Shown piece by piece: positions 19,448 to 30,220 of a stretch of 64,000 bases of DNA. Position 1 is the stretch's first letter, and each line of letters starts with the position of its first letter. The translations under genes were made by a program, and so were the position numbers. This DNA is from Alphaproteobacteria bacterium (GTDB lineage Bacteria > Pseudomonadota > Alphaproteobacteria > Bin95): contig CBDBGH010000003.1 of the NCBI GenBank assembly GCA_965205265.1, forward strand, positions 4,704,001 to 4,768,000, read 5' to 3'. The notes below the pieces were generated by a model that saw only the letters and a list, made by a program, of their open reading frames with translations, was not told the DNA's origin and ran no database searches.

Positions 19448-20909
19448 GAACGCCCGCGTCCATATCGACCGTATCCGGCTTCGGCTGCGCCGGATGGCGT
19501 TCGGCGCTCTTCCATGCGCCGTCATCGCCGGGCTTCTGTCCGCCGCAACACCCGCCGATGCCGACGTGCTGTCGGAGATGGAGTCCTTCTGGCGCGGCGC
19601 GGCGGTGAACGTCACCGGTCCGACCGCCTTCGACGGCCAGGCCTCGGGCCACTGGACGCTCGGCAACCTCTATCTCAGGGCGCCGGTGCGCGCGGAGCAG
19701 ATCGCCACCGCGAGCCTGCCGTCGTTCCGCGCCGGCTGCGGCGGCATCGACGCCTTTGCCGGCGCGTTTTCCTTCATCGACTCCGACCAGCTGATCGCCT
19801 TCGGCCGCGCGGTGGCCCAGAACGCCGCCGGCTTCGCCTTCGAGCTGGCGCTGGAGACCATCAGCCCGGTGATCGCCGAGACCATGTCGAAGCTGCGCGC
19901 ACTCGCCCAGTGGGTGAACGCCCAGAACCTCAACTCCTGCGAGACCGCCCAGGCGCTGGTCGGCGCCGCCTGGGCGAAGAACGACCGGGCCAGCGCCGCC
20001 ATCTGCGCCGCCATCGGTATGTCGCAGGGCCTGTTCTCCGACTACGCCGCCGCCCGCCACGGTTGCGGCGCCGAGGGCAAGCGGAACTCGACGCTGGCGT
20101 CCGCTTCCGGGGCGATGGCCGACCAGGTGCCGGTCAACGTCAACTACGCCTGGAAGGCGGTGCGGGCGTCGGCCTTCCTCGCGGGCGATGCGCAGCTGGC
20201 GGAGTTCGCCATGGCGGTGACCGGCACGGTGATCGTCACCGCGCCGACATCCGACGGCGACGCCTCCGGCCCCCGGGTGCGCATCCTGGAGCCGCTGGCG
20301 CTGGACCGGCGCGTCACCGAGACGCTGATGGAGGGCGGCGGCAACCTGCCGGTCTACAGTTGTGACGAGACGTCGCGCTGCCTGAACCCGACATTGGCGA
20401 GCGTCACCATTCCCGCCGACCGGGGCTTCCGGGCGCGGGTCGCCGGCCTGCTGCGCGACCTGGTGGACGCGGTGCGCACCGACACGGCCCCGCCGCCGGC
20501 GGCGCTGGGGCTGGTCAACCTCACCACGCTGCCGGTCTACCGGGTGGCCAATGCGGCGGCCGCCTACCGGGGCGCGGTGGTCGAGCAGGAGATGGATGTC
20601 CTCGCCGAAGCGGTGGCGCTCGATGTCATGCAGGTCTGGCTCTCGGACCTGCACCGCATGGTCGAGGAGCGGGCCGGAACGCTGGACATCGCCGACGGGG
20701 ACCAGCTGCGGCGCTGGCGCGAGGGGCTGCGGCACAACCGCATCGCCATGGCGCGTCATCGCAATGAGGGCCTCGCCCGCTTCAACACGGCGCTTGCCGT
20801 GGTCGAGAAGCTGCGCCTGATCGAGACCGAACTCGCCGGCGCGCTCTCGGCCGACCTGCGCGCCGCGCTCGCCTTCGCCAGAGGCGGCGCCGGGGCCGGG
20901 GCGCGGTAG
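19437..20909 (+). CDS. traH: TraH
   Basis: NVTGP.AF.GQ.SG.WT.G, PSFRAGCGGIDAFAGAFSFI, AFELALETISP, NSCETAQ. Confidence 0.95.
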   Translation: MITENARVHIDRIRLRLRRMAFGALPCAVIAGLLSAATPADADVLSEMESFWRGAAVNVTGPTAFDGQASGHWTLGNLYLRAPVRAEQIATASLPSFRAGCGGIDAFAGAFSFIDSDQLIAFGRAVAQNAAGFAFELALETISPVIAETMSKLRALAQWVNAQNLNSCETAQALVGAAWAKNDRASAAICAAIGMSQGLFSDYAAARHGCGAEGKRNSTLASASGAMADQVPVNVNYAWKAVRASAFLAGDAQLAEFAMAVTGTVIVTAPTSDGDASGPRVRILEPLALDRRVTETLMEGGGNLPVYSCDETSRCLNPTLASVTIPADRGFRARVAGLLRDLVDAVRTDTAPPPAALGLVNLTTLPVYRVANAAAAYRGAVVEQEMDVLAEAVALDVMQVWLSDLHRMVEERAGTLDIADGDQLRRWREGLRHNRIAMARHRNEGLARFNTALAVVEKLRLIETELAGALSADLRAALAFARGGAGAGAR

Positions 20910-20924
20910 GGGCGGGGACGGCAG

Positions 20925-23849
20925 ATGTACGAGCTCTTCACCCTCGGCGGCGGGACCTACCTGGTCGACCTGCTGAACGCGGTGGCCGCGATCACCTCGG
21001 GCGGCGCCTATGTGACGCTGGCCCAGCTCGCCGGCATCGCCGGCCTCGGATGGATCCTGTTCCGCACCGCCTTCGGCGGCTCGTGGAAGGACAACGCGAA
21101 GTGGATCCTGCTGTTCGCCGCCGTGTGGGGGGCGATGATCGTGCCGAAGGCGACCGTGCGGGTGGTCGACCGGCTCGATCCGGCGCTGGCGCCCGCCGTG
21201 GTGGCCAACGTACCGATCGGCCTGGCGTTCTTCGCCTCGCTCACGTCGCAGGTCGGCGACGGCCTCACCCGCCTCACGGAACAGGCCTTCGCGCTGCCGA
21301 ACGACCTCGCCTACCGCCGCCACGGGCTGATCTTCGGGGCGCGGCTGGCGGCGAAGGCGACGCGGCTGGAGATCACCGACGCGGTGTTCGCAAGGAACGT
21401 CCGCAACTACGCCCGCCAGTGCGTCTTCCCGGCCCTGCTGCTGGGCCATGTCTCGGCCGACGATCTGCGGGAGAGCACCGACATCTGGTCGCTGGTCACC
21501 GCCACCGGCTCGCCCTCGGCCGGGGCCTCGCCGGCGCGCATGGTCGAATTCGCGACAAGGCAGCCCGCCTCCGGCGCCGGGGCGACGCCGGTCGACCGGC
21601 AGGTCGTCACCTGCCGGGATGCGGCGGGACGGCTGAACGGCCAGTGGAACGCCGAGATCGCGCGCGCCGGCGCGGTGTTCGGCCGGCGCATCTTCCCGGA
21701 CGCCGGGACCGGGGCCCTGGCGCGCGCCGAGCTGCTGGCGGCGCTGCCGGCCGCCCACGGCTTCCTGATCGGCGCGTCGCGAAGCGCGGCCGAGATCATG
21801 CGCCAGCAGATGGTGCTCAATGCCGTCCACGACGCCGGCGAGCAGTGGGCGGCGGAAGCCGGCAACGCGGCGGCGCTCAGGGCCTATACCGAGGCCAGGG
21901 CGGAGGCCCAGACCGTCTCGGCCTACCGCGCCATCGGGCGCCAGGCCGAGACCTGGGTGCCGCTGCTCCGCATCGTCTTCGAGTGCCTCTATGTCGGGGC
22001 CTTCCCGATGGCGGTGCTGCTGATGCTGACCCCGGCGGGGACGGCGATCTTCCGCTCGTATGTGACCGGGCTGGTCTGGCTCCAGTCTTGGGGGCCGCTC
22101 TATGCGGTGCTGCACCGCATCGCCATGGGCGAGGCGGCCGAGCGCATGGGCGCGGCGGCTGCGATGCCGGGGGGCGACGTCGGCATCTCGCTGGTCGCCC
22201 AGGCCGGCATCCGGGCGGTCGCCGCCGATGTGGCGGTGATGTCGGGCTACCTCTCCATGTCGGTGCCGTTCCTGGCCGCCGCCCTCGCCTACGGCCTCTC
22301 CAAGGCCACCGTGCTCGCGACCTCGGTGCTGGCGGTCGGCCAGGACGCCGCAAGCTCGGCGGCGCATGAGGGAACCACCGGCAATCTCAGCCTCGCCAAT
22401 ACCGGCTACGACACCCACCGCTTCGCCACCCTGGAGGGGCGCCAGATCCGCACCTCCCCCCATGTCGATACCGGCCGCTACACCGGCTATGCCCCCGCCG
22501 GGGCGGCGATGACCGTGACCGGCGACGGATCGGTGGTGGCGGACGCGGGCGCCGCCACCAGCCGCATCCCGGCCGCCGGGGTCAGGCTCTCGGAGTCGCT
22601 CGCCACCAGCCACGAGACCCGCGCCGCGCAGGCCCGCGGCCTGTCGCGCCACTGGTCGGCCGAGGCGGGCCAGGCGCGCAACGCCGCCGTCACCGACGCC
22701 ACCGCCATGATCGAGCGCTACAGCCATGACGTCAGCACCGGCGAGGCCTTCGCCCGCGGCGTCAGCGAGAGCGAATCGAGCCAGGCGCAGGCGCTGGAGT
22801 CGCATGTCGAGAAGCTGGCGGAGACCGCCGGCATCACGCGCGACCAGGCGGCGGTGCTGGCCGGCCAGGCGAGCGTCGGCGGCGGCTGGGACTTCATCGT
22901 CAGGGCGCGGGCGGACGGCTCGGTGATGTGGCGCGGCCAGACCATCGAGGCCGAAGCCTGGAACCGCATGAAGGAGTACGACCGCCAGCACGGCGTGAGC
23001 GAAACCTGGGGCCGCGTGGCGGACGCATCCAGGCGGTATACGACCCAGACTGGGGATTCCGGGCATTCGAGTCTCGATGAGAGCCTGTCGGCCAACCTGA
23101 CCCGCATGCAGAGCTTCCAGGAGCGGGCGTCGCTGGCGCGCCAGGAATCCGAAAGCTGGTCGGAACAGGCGGCGCAGGTGCGCAGCGATGCCCAGGCGAT
23201 CGAACGCGAACTCGGCCAGCCATTCTTCGCCTGGCTCACCGAACGCCCGGGCCTCGACGGAAGGCCGATCGGCGCCGCCGGCGCCATGCGCCTCGCCTCG
23301 CCCCAGACCCCGGAGGATGCCGAGGCGCTCCGCGAGCACGCCGCCGCCTTCATCGCCGACCATTATCCCGCGCCCGCCGGGCCGGATCCCGCCACGGTCG
23401 GCGGGGCGGCCGACTACGAGGGCGCGGCGGGCGTGTTGCGGGAGGCCCATGCCGGCGAGACCGCGGCCGCCCATGGCGGCTGGGCGCAAGGCGTGCGCGA
23501 CCGGGCGCAGGACGCCGGCGCACCGATCCCCGGCGAAGTCGAGGCGCAGACGCTCGAGGCGCGCGCGGCGACCAGGGCCGACATGTCCGTGAAGGAGGCC
23601 GGGCGCGAGGCGCGGGCCGGGATCGCGCGGGAGGACGCACGGGAAGGCCGCGCACGCGTGGCGGTCGAGACAGAGAAGCCCTTTGATCGCCATGCCACGG
23701 AAAGCCTGCCGGTGGTCGGCGACTGGCTCGCCGGCCAGCTGTTCGGCAGCGCGCAGAATGCGGCGCCCGACGGCGCTGCGGGTGGTTCGCGGGAGGACGC
23801 GGATCGCCCGGCCCGGCCCGAGCCCGGCTGGCGGGACCCATCGCCATGA
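20925..23849 (+). CDS. traG: TraG (F-type, 974 aa)
   Basis: YELFT.GGG...LNAVA, VANVPIGLA, WLQSWGPLYAVL, multi-TM N-terminus and long hydrophilic C-terminus. Confidence 0.94.
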   Translation: MYELFTLGGGTYLVDLLNAVAAITSGGAYVTLAQLAGIAGLGWILFRTAFGGSWKDNAKWILLFAAVWGAMIVPKATVRVVDRLDPALAPAVVANVPIGLAFFASLTSQVGDGLTRLTEQAFALPNDLAYRRHGLIFGARLAAKATRLEITDAVFARNVRNYARQCVFPALLLGHVSADDLRESTDIWSLVTATGSPSAGASPARMVEFATRQPASGAGATPVDRQVVTCRDAAGRLNGQWNAEIARAGAVFGRRIFPDAGTGALARAELLAALPAAHGFLIGASRSAAEIMRQQMVLNAVHDAGEQWAAEAGNAAALRAYTEARAEAQTVSAYRAIGRQAETWVPLLRIVFECLYVGAFPMAVLLMLTPAGTAIFRSYVTGLVWLQSWGPLYAVLHRIAMGEAAERMGAAAAMPGGDVGISLVAQAGIRAVAADVAVMSGYLSMSVPFLAAALAYGLSKATVLATSVLAVGQDAASSAAHEGTTGNLSLANTGYDTHRFATLEGRQIRTSPHVDTGRYTGYAPAGAAMTVTGDGSVVADAGAATSRIPAAGVRLSESLATSHETRAAQARGLSRHWSAEAGQARNAAVTDATAMIERYSHDVSTGEAFARGVSESESSQAQALESHVEKLAETAGITRDQAAVLAGQASVGGGWDFIVRARADGSVMWRGQTIEAEAWNRMKEYDRQHGVSETWGRVADASRRYTTQTGDSGHSSLDESLSANLTRMQSFQERASLARQESESWSEQAAQVRSDAQAIERELGQPFFAWLTERPGLDGRPIGAAGAMRLASPQTPEDAEALREHAAAFIADHYPAPAGPDPATVGGAADYEGAAGVLREAHAGETAAAHGGWAQGVRDRAQDAGAPIPGEVEAQTLEARAATRADMSVKEAGREARAGIAREDAREGRARVAVETEKPFDRHATESLPVVGDWLAGQLFGSAQNAAPDGAAGGSREDADRPARPEPGWRDPSP

Positions 23850-23854
23850 ATCGC

Positions 23855-24229
23855 TCAGCGCAGCCAGTCGTTGTTGCGCAGCAGTCGGTCCTCCTGGTCG
23901 CCGAGCCACTGGTAGCGGCCGGTGCGGGACGCGAACTCGTCAGTCTCCCCGTCGTCCTCCGTAAACCGGAAGCAACGGAAGACGCTCCAGTCGCGGTCGC
24001 GGATGCCGCGCCGGAGCGCACAGGCGAGGCTCGCCAGCGCCGTCCAGGCGAGGGCCGCCAGCCACAGCGGCCCGATCGCCTCTGCGCCGGCGCCGGTCGC
24101 CAGCGCCGCGGCGGTCCAGATCGCGGCAAGCGCGAAGCCGCCGGGCACGATAAGGCGCTCGGCGCGGGTCGGCCGGGAGGGATCTCCCGGCCGGTGCGGG
24201 CTGTCACCGGATGTTCGCGTCATGTTCAT
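23855..24229 (-). CDS. Small two-TM membrane protein, candidate entry-exclusion factor
   Basis: GGAGG-like RBS region, two hydrophobic helices, charged C-tail; convergent on traG. Confidence 0.55.
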   Translation of the reverse strand: MNMTRTSGDSPHRPGDPSRPTRAERLIVPGGFALAAIWTAAALATGAGAEAIGPLWLAALAWTALASLACALRRGIRDRDWSVFRCFRFTEDDGETDEFASRTGRYQWLGDQEDRLLRNNDWLR

Positions 24230-24396
24230 GTCCTCCGAGCATACCGGAAACTCCGGAAAACGGAATCCCCCGGGGTAGTCCTCGGGGAAGTCCCTGCGGG
24301 ATCCTCCGGCGCCCGCCCCCGTCCGGGGCGCCTTCGCCCCGCCTCCGTCCGGCTCCGCCTCCGGCCGGCGCTTCCTGCGGGGACCGGGCGGGCGTG

Positions 24397-26532
24397 ATGC
24401 GGGGCCTCGGCGGCAGCACGCTGCGGGGCGGGCAGACGGTCTTCCATGCGATCCGCATGTGGGGGCAGATGTTCCGCGCCGCGATGCTGTTCGCGGCCTT
24501 CACCACCGTGGTCGTGCCGGCCTGGACGCTGTGGCGCCAGACCACCGGGGCGGAATGGTACGCCTCCGGCATGGTGACGTTGGCCGAGGTCAAGCTGGTC
24601 CTCGGCTACCGGCCGGACGCGGGCCAGGAGATCCGCTTCGCCGACGGCACGCGGCGCGTGATGCGCATCCGCGACATCGCCGCCTCGGCCCCGGCCCGGG
24701 AGGCGCGTGAACGCGTCCGGGACGAGATGTTCGCGAGCGCCGGTCTGGGCCTGGCGGCGGGCGGCGGGCTGATCGGGCTGTTCCTGATCGTATTCTGGAT
24801 CCGCGGCGCGCAGCTCGGCCGCCAGCGCCGCATCCGGGGCGCCGAGATGGTGACGGCGAGGGAGCTGAGGCGCCGGCTGCAACCGCCCCATGAACGCCTG
24901 CTGGGTCTCCTCCCGGGCACCGCCCGGTTGCGCCCCTGGAGCATTGCCGGCATCCCGTATCCGGAGCGCGCCGAGACCCAGCACACCATCGTCTCCGGCA
25001 CCACCGGGTCGGGCAAGACGGTGCTGATCGCCGACCTGGTGGCGCAGGTGCGCGCGCGGGGCGAGCGCTGCGTGATCTACGACAAGATGGGGAGCTACAC
25101 CCGGTCCTTCTTCGATCCCGCCCGCGACGTGCTGATGAACCCGCTGGATGCAAGGGCGCCGCGCTGGTCGCCGTTCCTGGAGGCCCGCAACCCGCGCGAC
25201 TTCGACATGATGGCCGCCGCGCTCATCCCGCAGCAGAAGGATACCGTCGATCCGTTCTGGGTGACGGCGGCGCGCCAGTTGTTCGCCAACGGCGCCGGCG
25301 TGCTCCGCGAGAAGGGCGTCACCGAGAACCGGGTGCTGGTCGACCACCTGCTCAAGACCGATCTCACGGCGCTCGCCCAGGCGATGGAGGGGACGGTGGC
25401 GCAGTCCATCGTCGATCCCGACAATCCGAAGACCGCGCTCAGCGTGCGCGCCATGCTGACCGCCAACCTCTCGGCGCTGGAGTTCCTGCCGGACGAGGGC
25501 AGGCCATTCTCGATCCGCGAGTGGATCTCGGACGAGAACCGGGGCGGGTTCCTGTTCCTCACGTCGAGGGGCGACCAGCACGCCTCCCTGCGCGGCCTCA
25601 TCTCGACCTGGCTGGAGATCGCGGTCAACGCCATGCTGTCGCTGGACCAGCGGGACGACCGGCGCATCTGGGTGGTGCTCGACGAGCTTCCCACCCTGCA
25701 CCAGGTGCCGAGCCTCCAGCCGGGGCTGGCCGAGAGCCGCCAGTTCGGCGGCTGCTTCGTGCTCGGGGTCCAGGTCGCCTCGGCGCTGCGCGACCTCTAC
25801 GGGCGGAACGGGGCGGAGACCATCTCCGGCCTCTGCGGCACCCGCGTGGTGCTGGCGGCGCCGGACCGCGACACCGCGCAATGGTCGGCCGACAGCCTCG
25901 GGCGCAGCGAGATCGAGGAGGTGACCGAGGGGTTCAGCTACGGCGCCAACACCATCCGCGACGGCGTGAGCCTGACGCCGCGCCGGGAACTGCGGGCGCT
26001 GGCGCTGCCCTCCGAGATCATGCGCCTCGCCAATCTGGAGGGGTATCTCAAGTTCCCCGGCCCCTTCCCGGTCGCCTCGATCCGCCTCGAATACATCGCA
26101 CGGCCGAAGGCGGCGGAGCGCTTCGTGCCGCGTGCGGACCGGGGAGCGGAGGCCGCCGGTGACTCCGGGAAGGCCGGAACGGCGCCATCGGCTTCCGGTG
26201 TTGCGCCCGGCGGCGGCATGGCGGTTCCCGACCTGCCGGACGAGATCGGGGAAGGCTCCGAGGCAGGGACGCCATCGGCGTCGGGAGATGCGCCGGAGGC
26301 CGCCCCGCGCCAGGGCGAGCTGGAGCTTGTTACGCTGGCGGGCGAAGCCGCTGCGGCGCCGGAAGGCGATGGCGCAGCAGTCGCTCCGGCAGGGGAACCG
26401 GGCGATCCGGTAACGGATGACGGGCCGTCCGCAACCGGCGCGAAGGCGCAGGCTGCGTCCGCCGGCAACCCGGCATCGCATGACCGGGCCGGGTCGCATC
26501 GGGACGGCGGCCGGCCCTCCGAGTGGCTGTGA
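24397..26532 (+). CDS. traD: Type IV coupling protein TraD
   Basis: RGGQ...H..RM, GTTGSGKT, IYDKMG, WVVLDELPTL, ESRQFGGC; acidic disordered C-tail. Confidence 0.96.
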   Translation: MRGLGGSTLRGGQTVFHAIRMWGQMFRAAMLFAAFTTVVVPAWTLWRQTTGAEWYASGMVTLAEVKLVLGYRPDAGQEIRFADGTRRVMRIRDIAASAPAREARERVRDEMFASAGLGLAAGGGLIGLFLIVFWIRGAQLGRQRRIRGAEMVTARELRRRLQPPHERLLGLLPGTARLRPWSIAGIPYPERAETQHTIVSGTTGSGKTVLIADLVAQVRARGERCVIYDKMGSYTRSFFDPARDVLMNPLDARAPRWSPFLEARNPRDFDMMAAALIPQQKDTVDPFWVTAARQLFANGAGVLREKGVTENRVLVDHLLKTDLTALAQAMEGTVAQSIVDPDNPKTALSVRAMLTANLSALEFLPDEGRPFSIREWISDENRGGFLFLTSRGDQHASLRGLISTWLEIAVNAMLSLDQRDDRRIWVVLDELPTLHQVPSLQPGLAESRQFGGCFVLGVQVASALRDLYGRNGAETISGLCGTRVVLAAPDRDTAQWSADSLGRSEIEEVTEGFSYGANTIRDGVSLTPRRELRALALPSEIMRLANLEGYLKFPGPFPVASIRLEYIARPKAAERFVPRADRGAEAAGDSGKAGTAPSASGVAPGGGMAVPDLPDEIGEGSEAGTPSASGDAPEAAPRQGELELVTLAGEAAAAPEGDGAAVAPAGEPGDPVTDDGPSATGAKAQAASAGNPASHDRAGSHRDGGRPSEWL

Positions 26533-26533
26533 C

Positions 26534-29518
26534 ATGCTCTCGATCGGGGCGCTCGGGTCGGCCGCCCAGGGCTCGCACTACTACGAGCGCGACGGATATT
26601 ATTCGAAGGACGACCCCGCGCACCGCGAGGCCAGCGCCTGGGCCGGCCGGGGGGCCGAAGAACTCGGCCTGAAAGGCCCGGTCGATCCGGAGACCTTCCG
26701 TGCGGTCCTCGAAGGCAAGGTGCCCGACGGATCGGGCACGGAACTCGGCCGGCGCGGCCGGAACGGGGAGATCCTCCACCGCCCGGGCCGCGACCTGACC
26801 TTCAGCGCCCCGAAGTCGGTCTCCCTGGCCGCGCTGGTCGGCGGCGACCGGCGCATCGTGGCGGCCCACGACCGCGCGGTCGCGGCGGCCCTCGGCTGGA
26901 TCGAGCGCCACGCCGCCGAGACCCGCATGAAGGACCCGGCGACCGGGCGCATGATCCGCGCCGGCAACCAGAAGATCGTCGCCGCCACCTTCCGGCACGA
27001 CACCTCCCGCAATCTCGATCCGCAGCTTCATACCCACGCCGTGCTCGCCAACATGGTGCAGGGCGGAGACGGCAAATGGCGCACCATGGCCAACGAGAAG
27101 CTCTACGGCGCCAAGATGCTGCTGGGCGCGCTCTACCGCAGCGAGCTTGCCGCCGGGCTCTCCCGGCTGGGCTACGGGATCGAGAAGACCGATGCCGACG
27201 GGCGCTTCGAGATCGCGGGCGTGCCGCGCGCGGTGGTGCAGGCGTTCTCCACCCGCCGGGCGGAGATCGAGGCGGCGATGGAAGCGCGCGGCCTCGGCGC
27301 ATCCGCCGACAATCCGCGGCTGGCGGAGCGGGCGGCGCTGATGACGCGGGCCGCCAAGCGCGACATCGACCGCGAGGAACTGGCGGGCGTGTGGGAGCGT
27401 CAGGCCGCCGATCTCGGCTTCGATGCGAAGGGATTGGCCGCGGCGGCGCTCGAACGGTCGGCCGCGCAGGATCGGGAAGGGGGCCGGGCGCATGACGACA
27501 TCGGCGGTGGACTGCCGCAGGCCCAGCGGCCGCTCGCCGCGCCGGAGCGGGCGGCTGGAAGCGAGCCCGGAGCAGGGATCCCGCCGGCCGCGGCGGAGGC
27601 GGTGGCGTGGGCGATGGCGCATCTCTCGGAACGCGAGGCGGTGTTCGCCCGCACCGATCTCCTGGCCGCCGCGCTTGCCCACAGCCCCGGCGCCGTGGTG
27701 ATCGAAGAGGTCGAGCGGCAGGTCGCGGGGCTGGAGAAGGCCGGGGCGCTGCACGCGGTGGACATGCCGGGCGCGGCGGACTCGCTGGCGACGGACCGGA
27801 CCGTCGGCGAGGAGCGCGAGACGGTGGCGCTGTGGCGCGGCGGCCGCGGTCGCGGCCGGGCGCCGATGCGGAGATGGCAGGTGCAGGGACATCTCCACAG
27901 GGGCCCGCTCACCGCCGGGCAGAAGGAGGCGGTGAAGCTGATCCTGTCGGCGAAGGACCGCACGGTCGGCGTCCAGGGCTACGCCGGGACCGGCAAGACG
28001 ACGATGCTGAACCGCGCCCGGGCGCTGGCGGAGAAGAAGGGATACCGGATGGCCGGGCTCGCGCCCTCGGCCTCGGCCGCGCAGACGCTGGCCTCCGAGG
28101 CCGGGATCGGGAGCGAGACCCTGCAGCGCTTCCTCGCCCGCCATGCCGGCGTGGCCGAGGGCAGGCTGACCGGCAAGGGCGCGCGCGAGATGCGCGCGGC
28201 CTTCGCGAAGACCATTCTGGTGGTCGACGAGGGTTCGCTCGCCTCGACCGTGCAGACGCGCGACCTGCTGCGCATCGCCAACGCGTTGCGCGTCCCCCGC
28301 GTGGTGCTGGTGGGCGATGCGAAGCAGCTCGACGCGGTGGACGCCGGCAAGCCCTTCGCGCAGCTCCAGGCCGCCGGGATGGAGACCGCGGTGATGGACG
28401 AGATCCTGCGCCAGCGCGATCCGGCGCTGAAGGACGCGGTCGAGGCGAGCCTCAGGGGCGACATCGGCCGCGCCTTCGCGAAGCTCGGAGGCAACGTCGC
28501 CGAGGTGAAGCCCGACAACATCGCCGGCGCGGTCGCCGCCCGCTGGCTTGCGCTCGACGACGAGGCGCGCGCCAACACCGGGGTGATGGCCCCCTCGCAC
28601 GCACTCCGGCAGCAGGTCAACGGCCATATCCGCGACCGCCTCGCCCGCGATGGCCGCATCCACGGCCCGGCGGTGGCGAGCGAGCGGCTGATCTCGCGCG
28701 GCTGGACCAATGCCGAGAAGGCGCTTGCCGCCAACTACGTCGCGGGCGACGTGGTGGCGTTTCACCGGCCCTACAAACGGATCGGCGTCGAGAAGGGCGA
28801 CGAGCGCACCGTTGCGGGCGTCGATCGGCCGGCTGGCGCGGTGCTGCTCGACGATGGCCAGGGCGGGCGGGTCGCGTGGAAGCCGGAGGAGATCGGCGGC
28901 CGCCGGGGCGGCAGCGAGGTCTACCGGCGCGAGGAGATCGAGCTTCGGGCCGGCGACCGCATCCGCTGGACCCGCAACGATGCCGGCCTCGGACTGGTCA
29001 ACAGCCGCACGGCCGAGGTGCTGAAGGTCGCGAACGGCCGGGTGGCGTTCCGCCTGGAGGACGGCAGGACGCTCGAACTCGGCCGGGGCGACCCGCAGCT
29101 GCGCCATCTCGACCATGCCTGGGCGGCCACCGTACACGCCTTCCAGGGCCGCACGGTGGACAACGTCATCGCCGCCATGGAGGCCAGGCACAAGCATCTG
29201 ACGACCCGGAAGAGCTTCTATGTCGAGATCAGCCGGGCGCGCGACCGGGCCGAGCTGGTGACAGACGACGCGGCCGACCTTCGGGCGCAGCTCGAAGCGG
29301 TCACCGGCGAGCGCATCGCGGCGCTCGATGCCGTCGGCGGGATGACGCGCGAGGCGCCGGAGAAGGCGCCCGAGGCCGCGCGGGCGCCTGAGGCCGGCCG
29401 CGAAGGCGACGCGCGGGACGGCGGCGGCAAGGATCGTGAAGCCGCGACGACGCCGGCGAAGGAGCCGGAGCCGCTCGCGCCGGAGCGCGGCAGGGGAGGC
29501 ATGGACCTTGGACTGTGA
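26534..29518 (+). CDS. traI: MOBF relaxase-helicase (TrwC/TraI)
   Basis: YYERDGYY, DLTFSAPKSVS, HDTSRNLDPQLHTH, GYAGTGKT, VVDEGSL, FYVEISRAR. Confidence 0.97.
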   Translation: MLSIGALGSAAQGSHYYERDGYYSKDDPAHREASAWAGRGAEELGLKGPVDPETFRAVLEGKVPDGSGTELGRRGRNGEILHRPGRDLTFSAPKSVSLAALVGGDRRIVAAHDRAVAAALGWIERHAAETRMKDPATGRMIRAGNQKIVAATFRHDTSRNLDPQLHTHAVLANMVQGGDGKWRTMANEKLYGAKMLLGALYRSELAAGLSRLGYGIEKTDADGRFEIAGVPRAVVQAFSTRRAEIEAAMEARGLGASADNPRLAERAALMTRAAKRDIDREELAGVWERQAADLGFDAKGLAAAALERSAAQDREGGRAHDDIGGGLPQAQRPLAAPERAAGSEPGAGIPPAAAEAVAWAMAHLSEREAVFARTDLLAAALAHSPGAVVIEEVERQVAGLEKAGALHAVDMPGAADSLATDRTVGEERETVALWRGGRGRGRAPMRRWQVQGHLHRGPLTAGQKEAVKLILSAKDRTVGVQGYAGTGKTTMLNRARALAEKKGYRMAGLAPSASAAQTLASEAGIGSETLQRFLARHAGVAEGRLTGKGAREMRAAFAKTILVVDEGSLASTVQTRDLLRIANALRVPRVVLVGDAKQLDAVDAGKPFAQLQAAGMETAVMDEILRQRDPALKDAVEASLRGDIGRAFAKLGGNVAEVKPDNIAGAVAARWLALDDEARANTGVMAPSHALRQQVNGHIRDRLARDGRIHGPAVASERLISRGWTNAEKALAANYVAGDVVAFHRPYKRIGVEKGDERTVAGVDRPAGAVLLDDGQGGRVAWKPEEIGGRRGGSEVYRREEIELRAGDRIRWTRNDAGLGLVNSRTAEVLKVANGRVAFRLEDGRTLELGRGDPQLRHLDHAWAATVHAFQGRTVDNVIAAMEARHKHLTTRKSFYVEISRARDRAELVTDDAADLRAQLEAVTGERIAALDAVGGMTREAPEKAPEAARAPEAGREGDARDGGGKDREAATTPAKEPEPLAPERGRGGMDLGL

Positions 29519-29662
29519 CGCCGTCGGCACGGAGAAATTGGCGGGGCGGGGCCGCCTGGCGGCCGCGCACTCCTGGCGCGCCGGGACGACGTGCGGGTTG
29601 TCGATGGCGCCTTGCGGTGACCCGGTCCCGGGACCGAACGGACCGCAACCGGACCCGGCGCG

Positions 29663-30037
29663 ATGAGCCGGGAGGAACGAAACGATGCCGCGAACGGCGG
29701 GGAAAGGGCCGGCGAGGTCCGCAAGACCCGGGGCATCCGGTTCTCGGAATCGGAGTGGGAGACGGTCAGGAACGCGGCGGCGGCCCACGACATGCCGGCG
29801 GCCGAGTTCGTCCGCGAGAAGATCCTGGCGCTCGCGCGCGGCGCGGAAGGTGCGGGCCCGACCCGGGTTCCGGCGTCGATGGCGCCGCTGATCGAGCGGA
29901 TGTTCCGCTACACCTGGTTCCTGGCGACGGAAAGGCGCAGCGCGATGCTCCGCGAGGGGCGCGGGGACGAGCTCGACCGGCTGGTCGCGGAGGCCAGGGC
30001 CTTCCAGGAATCGCTGGGCCGGAACCCGTCGGAGTGA
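29663..30037 (+). CDS. Ribbon-helix-helix DNA-binding protein (relaxosome accessory-like)
   Basis: TRGIRFSESEWETVRNAAAAHDMPAAEFVRE fits the beta-alpha-alpha RHH pattern; directly after the relaxase. Confidence 0.7.
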   Translation: MSREERNDAANGGERAGEVRKTRGIRFSESEWETVRNAAAAHDMPAAEFVREKILALARGAEGAGPTRVPASMAPLIERMFRYTWFLATERRSAMLREGRGDELDRLVAEARAFQESLGRNPSE

Positions 30038-30087
30038 GCGCAGCCGGCGGCGCACGGGACGCCGCTGGCGCGGTCTGCACCGCAAAT

Positions 30088-30220
30088 CGCGTGTATCGGT
30101 CGTGTATCGGCGGTGGTTTTGTCGTGTCCGGGCGTATGCCGGTCGTGTATCGGTTGCGGCATGCGGCGCCTGACGCCGCCTGAGCGATGACACGCCGTGT
30201 GTATCGGTGCGATACACGCT
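30088..30220. promoter_or_regulatory. GTGTATCGG repeat cluster, candidate oriT or RHH binding sites
   Basis: Four GTGTATCGG copies (about 30091, 30103, 30144, 30199); the last forms the inverted repeat GTGTATCG-GTG-CGATACAC. Confidence 0.45.

Noticed and set aside
26130-26532. Acidic low-complexity TraD tail as a novel domain
   Set aside because: F-type coupling proteins commonly have variable acidic C-terminal tails.
8066-30217. Very long minus-strand ORFs (8066-13654, 15792-18629, 19416-23909, 24226-26535, 26330-30217)
   Set aside because: Antisense shadows of high-GC tra genes; Arg/Pro/Gly-rich with no motifs.
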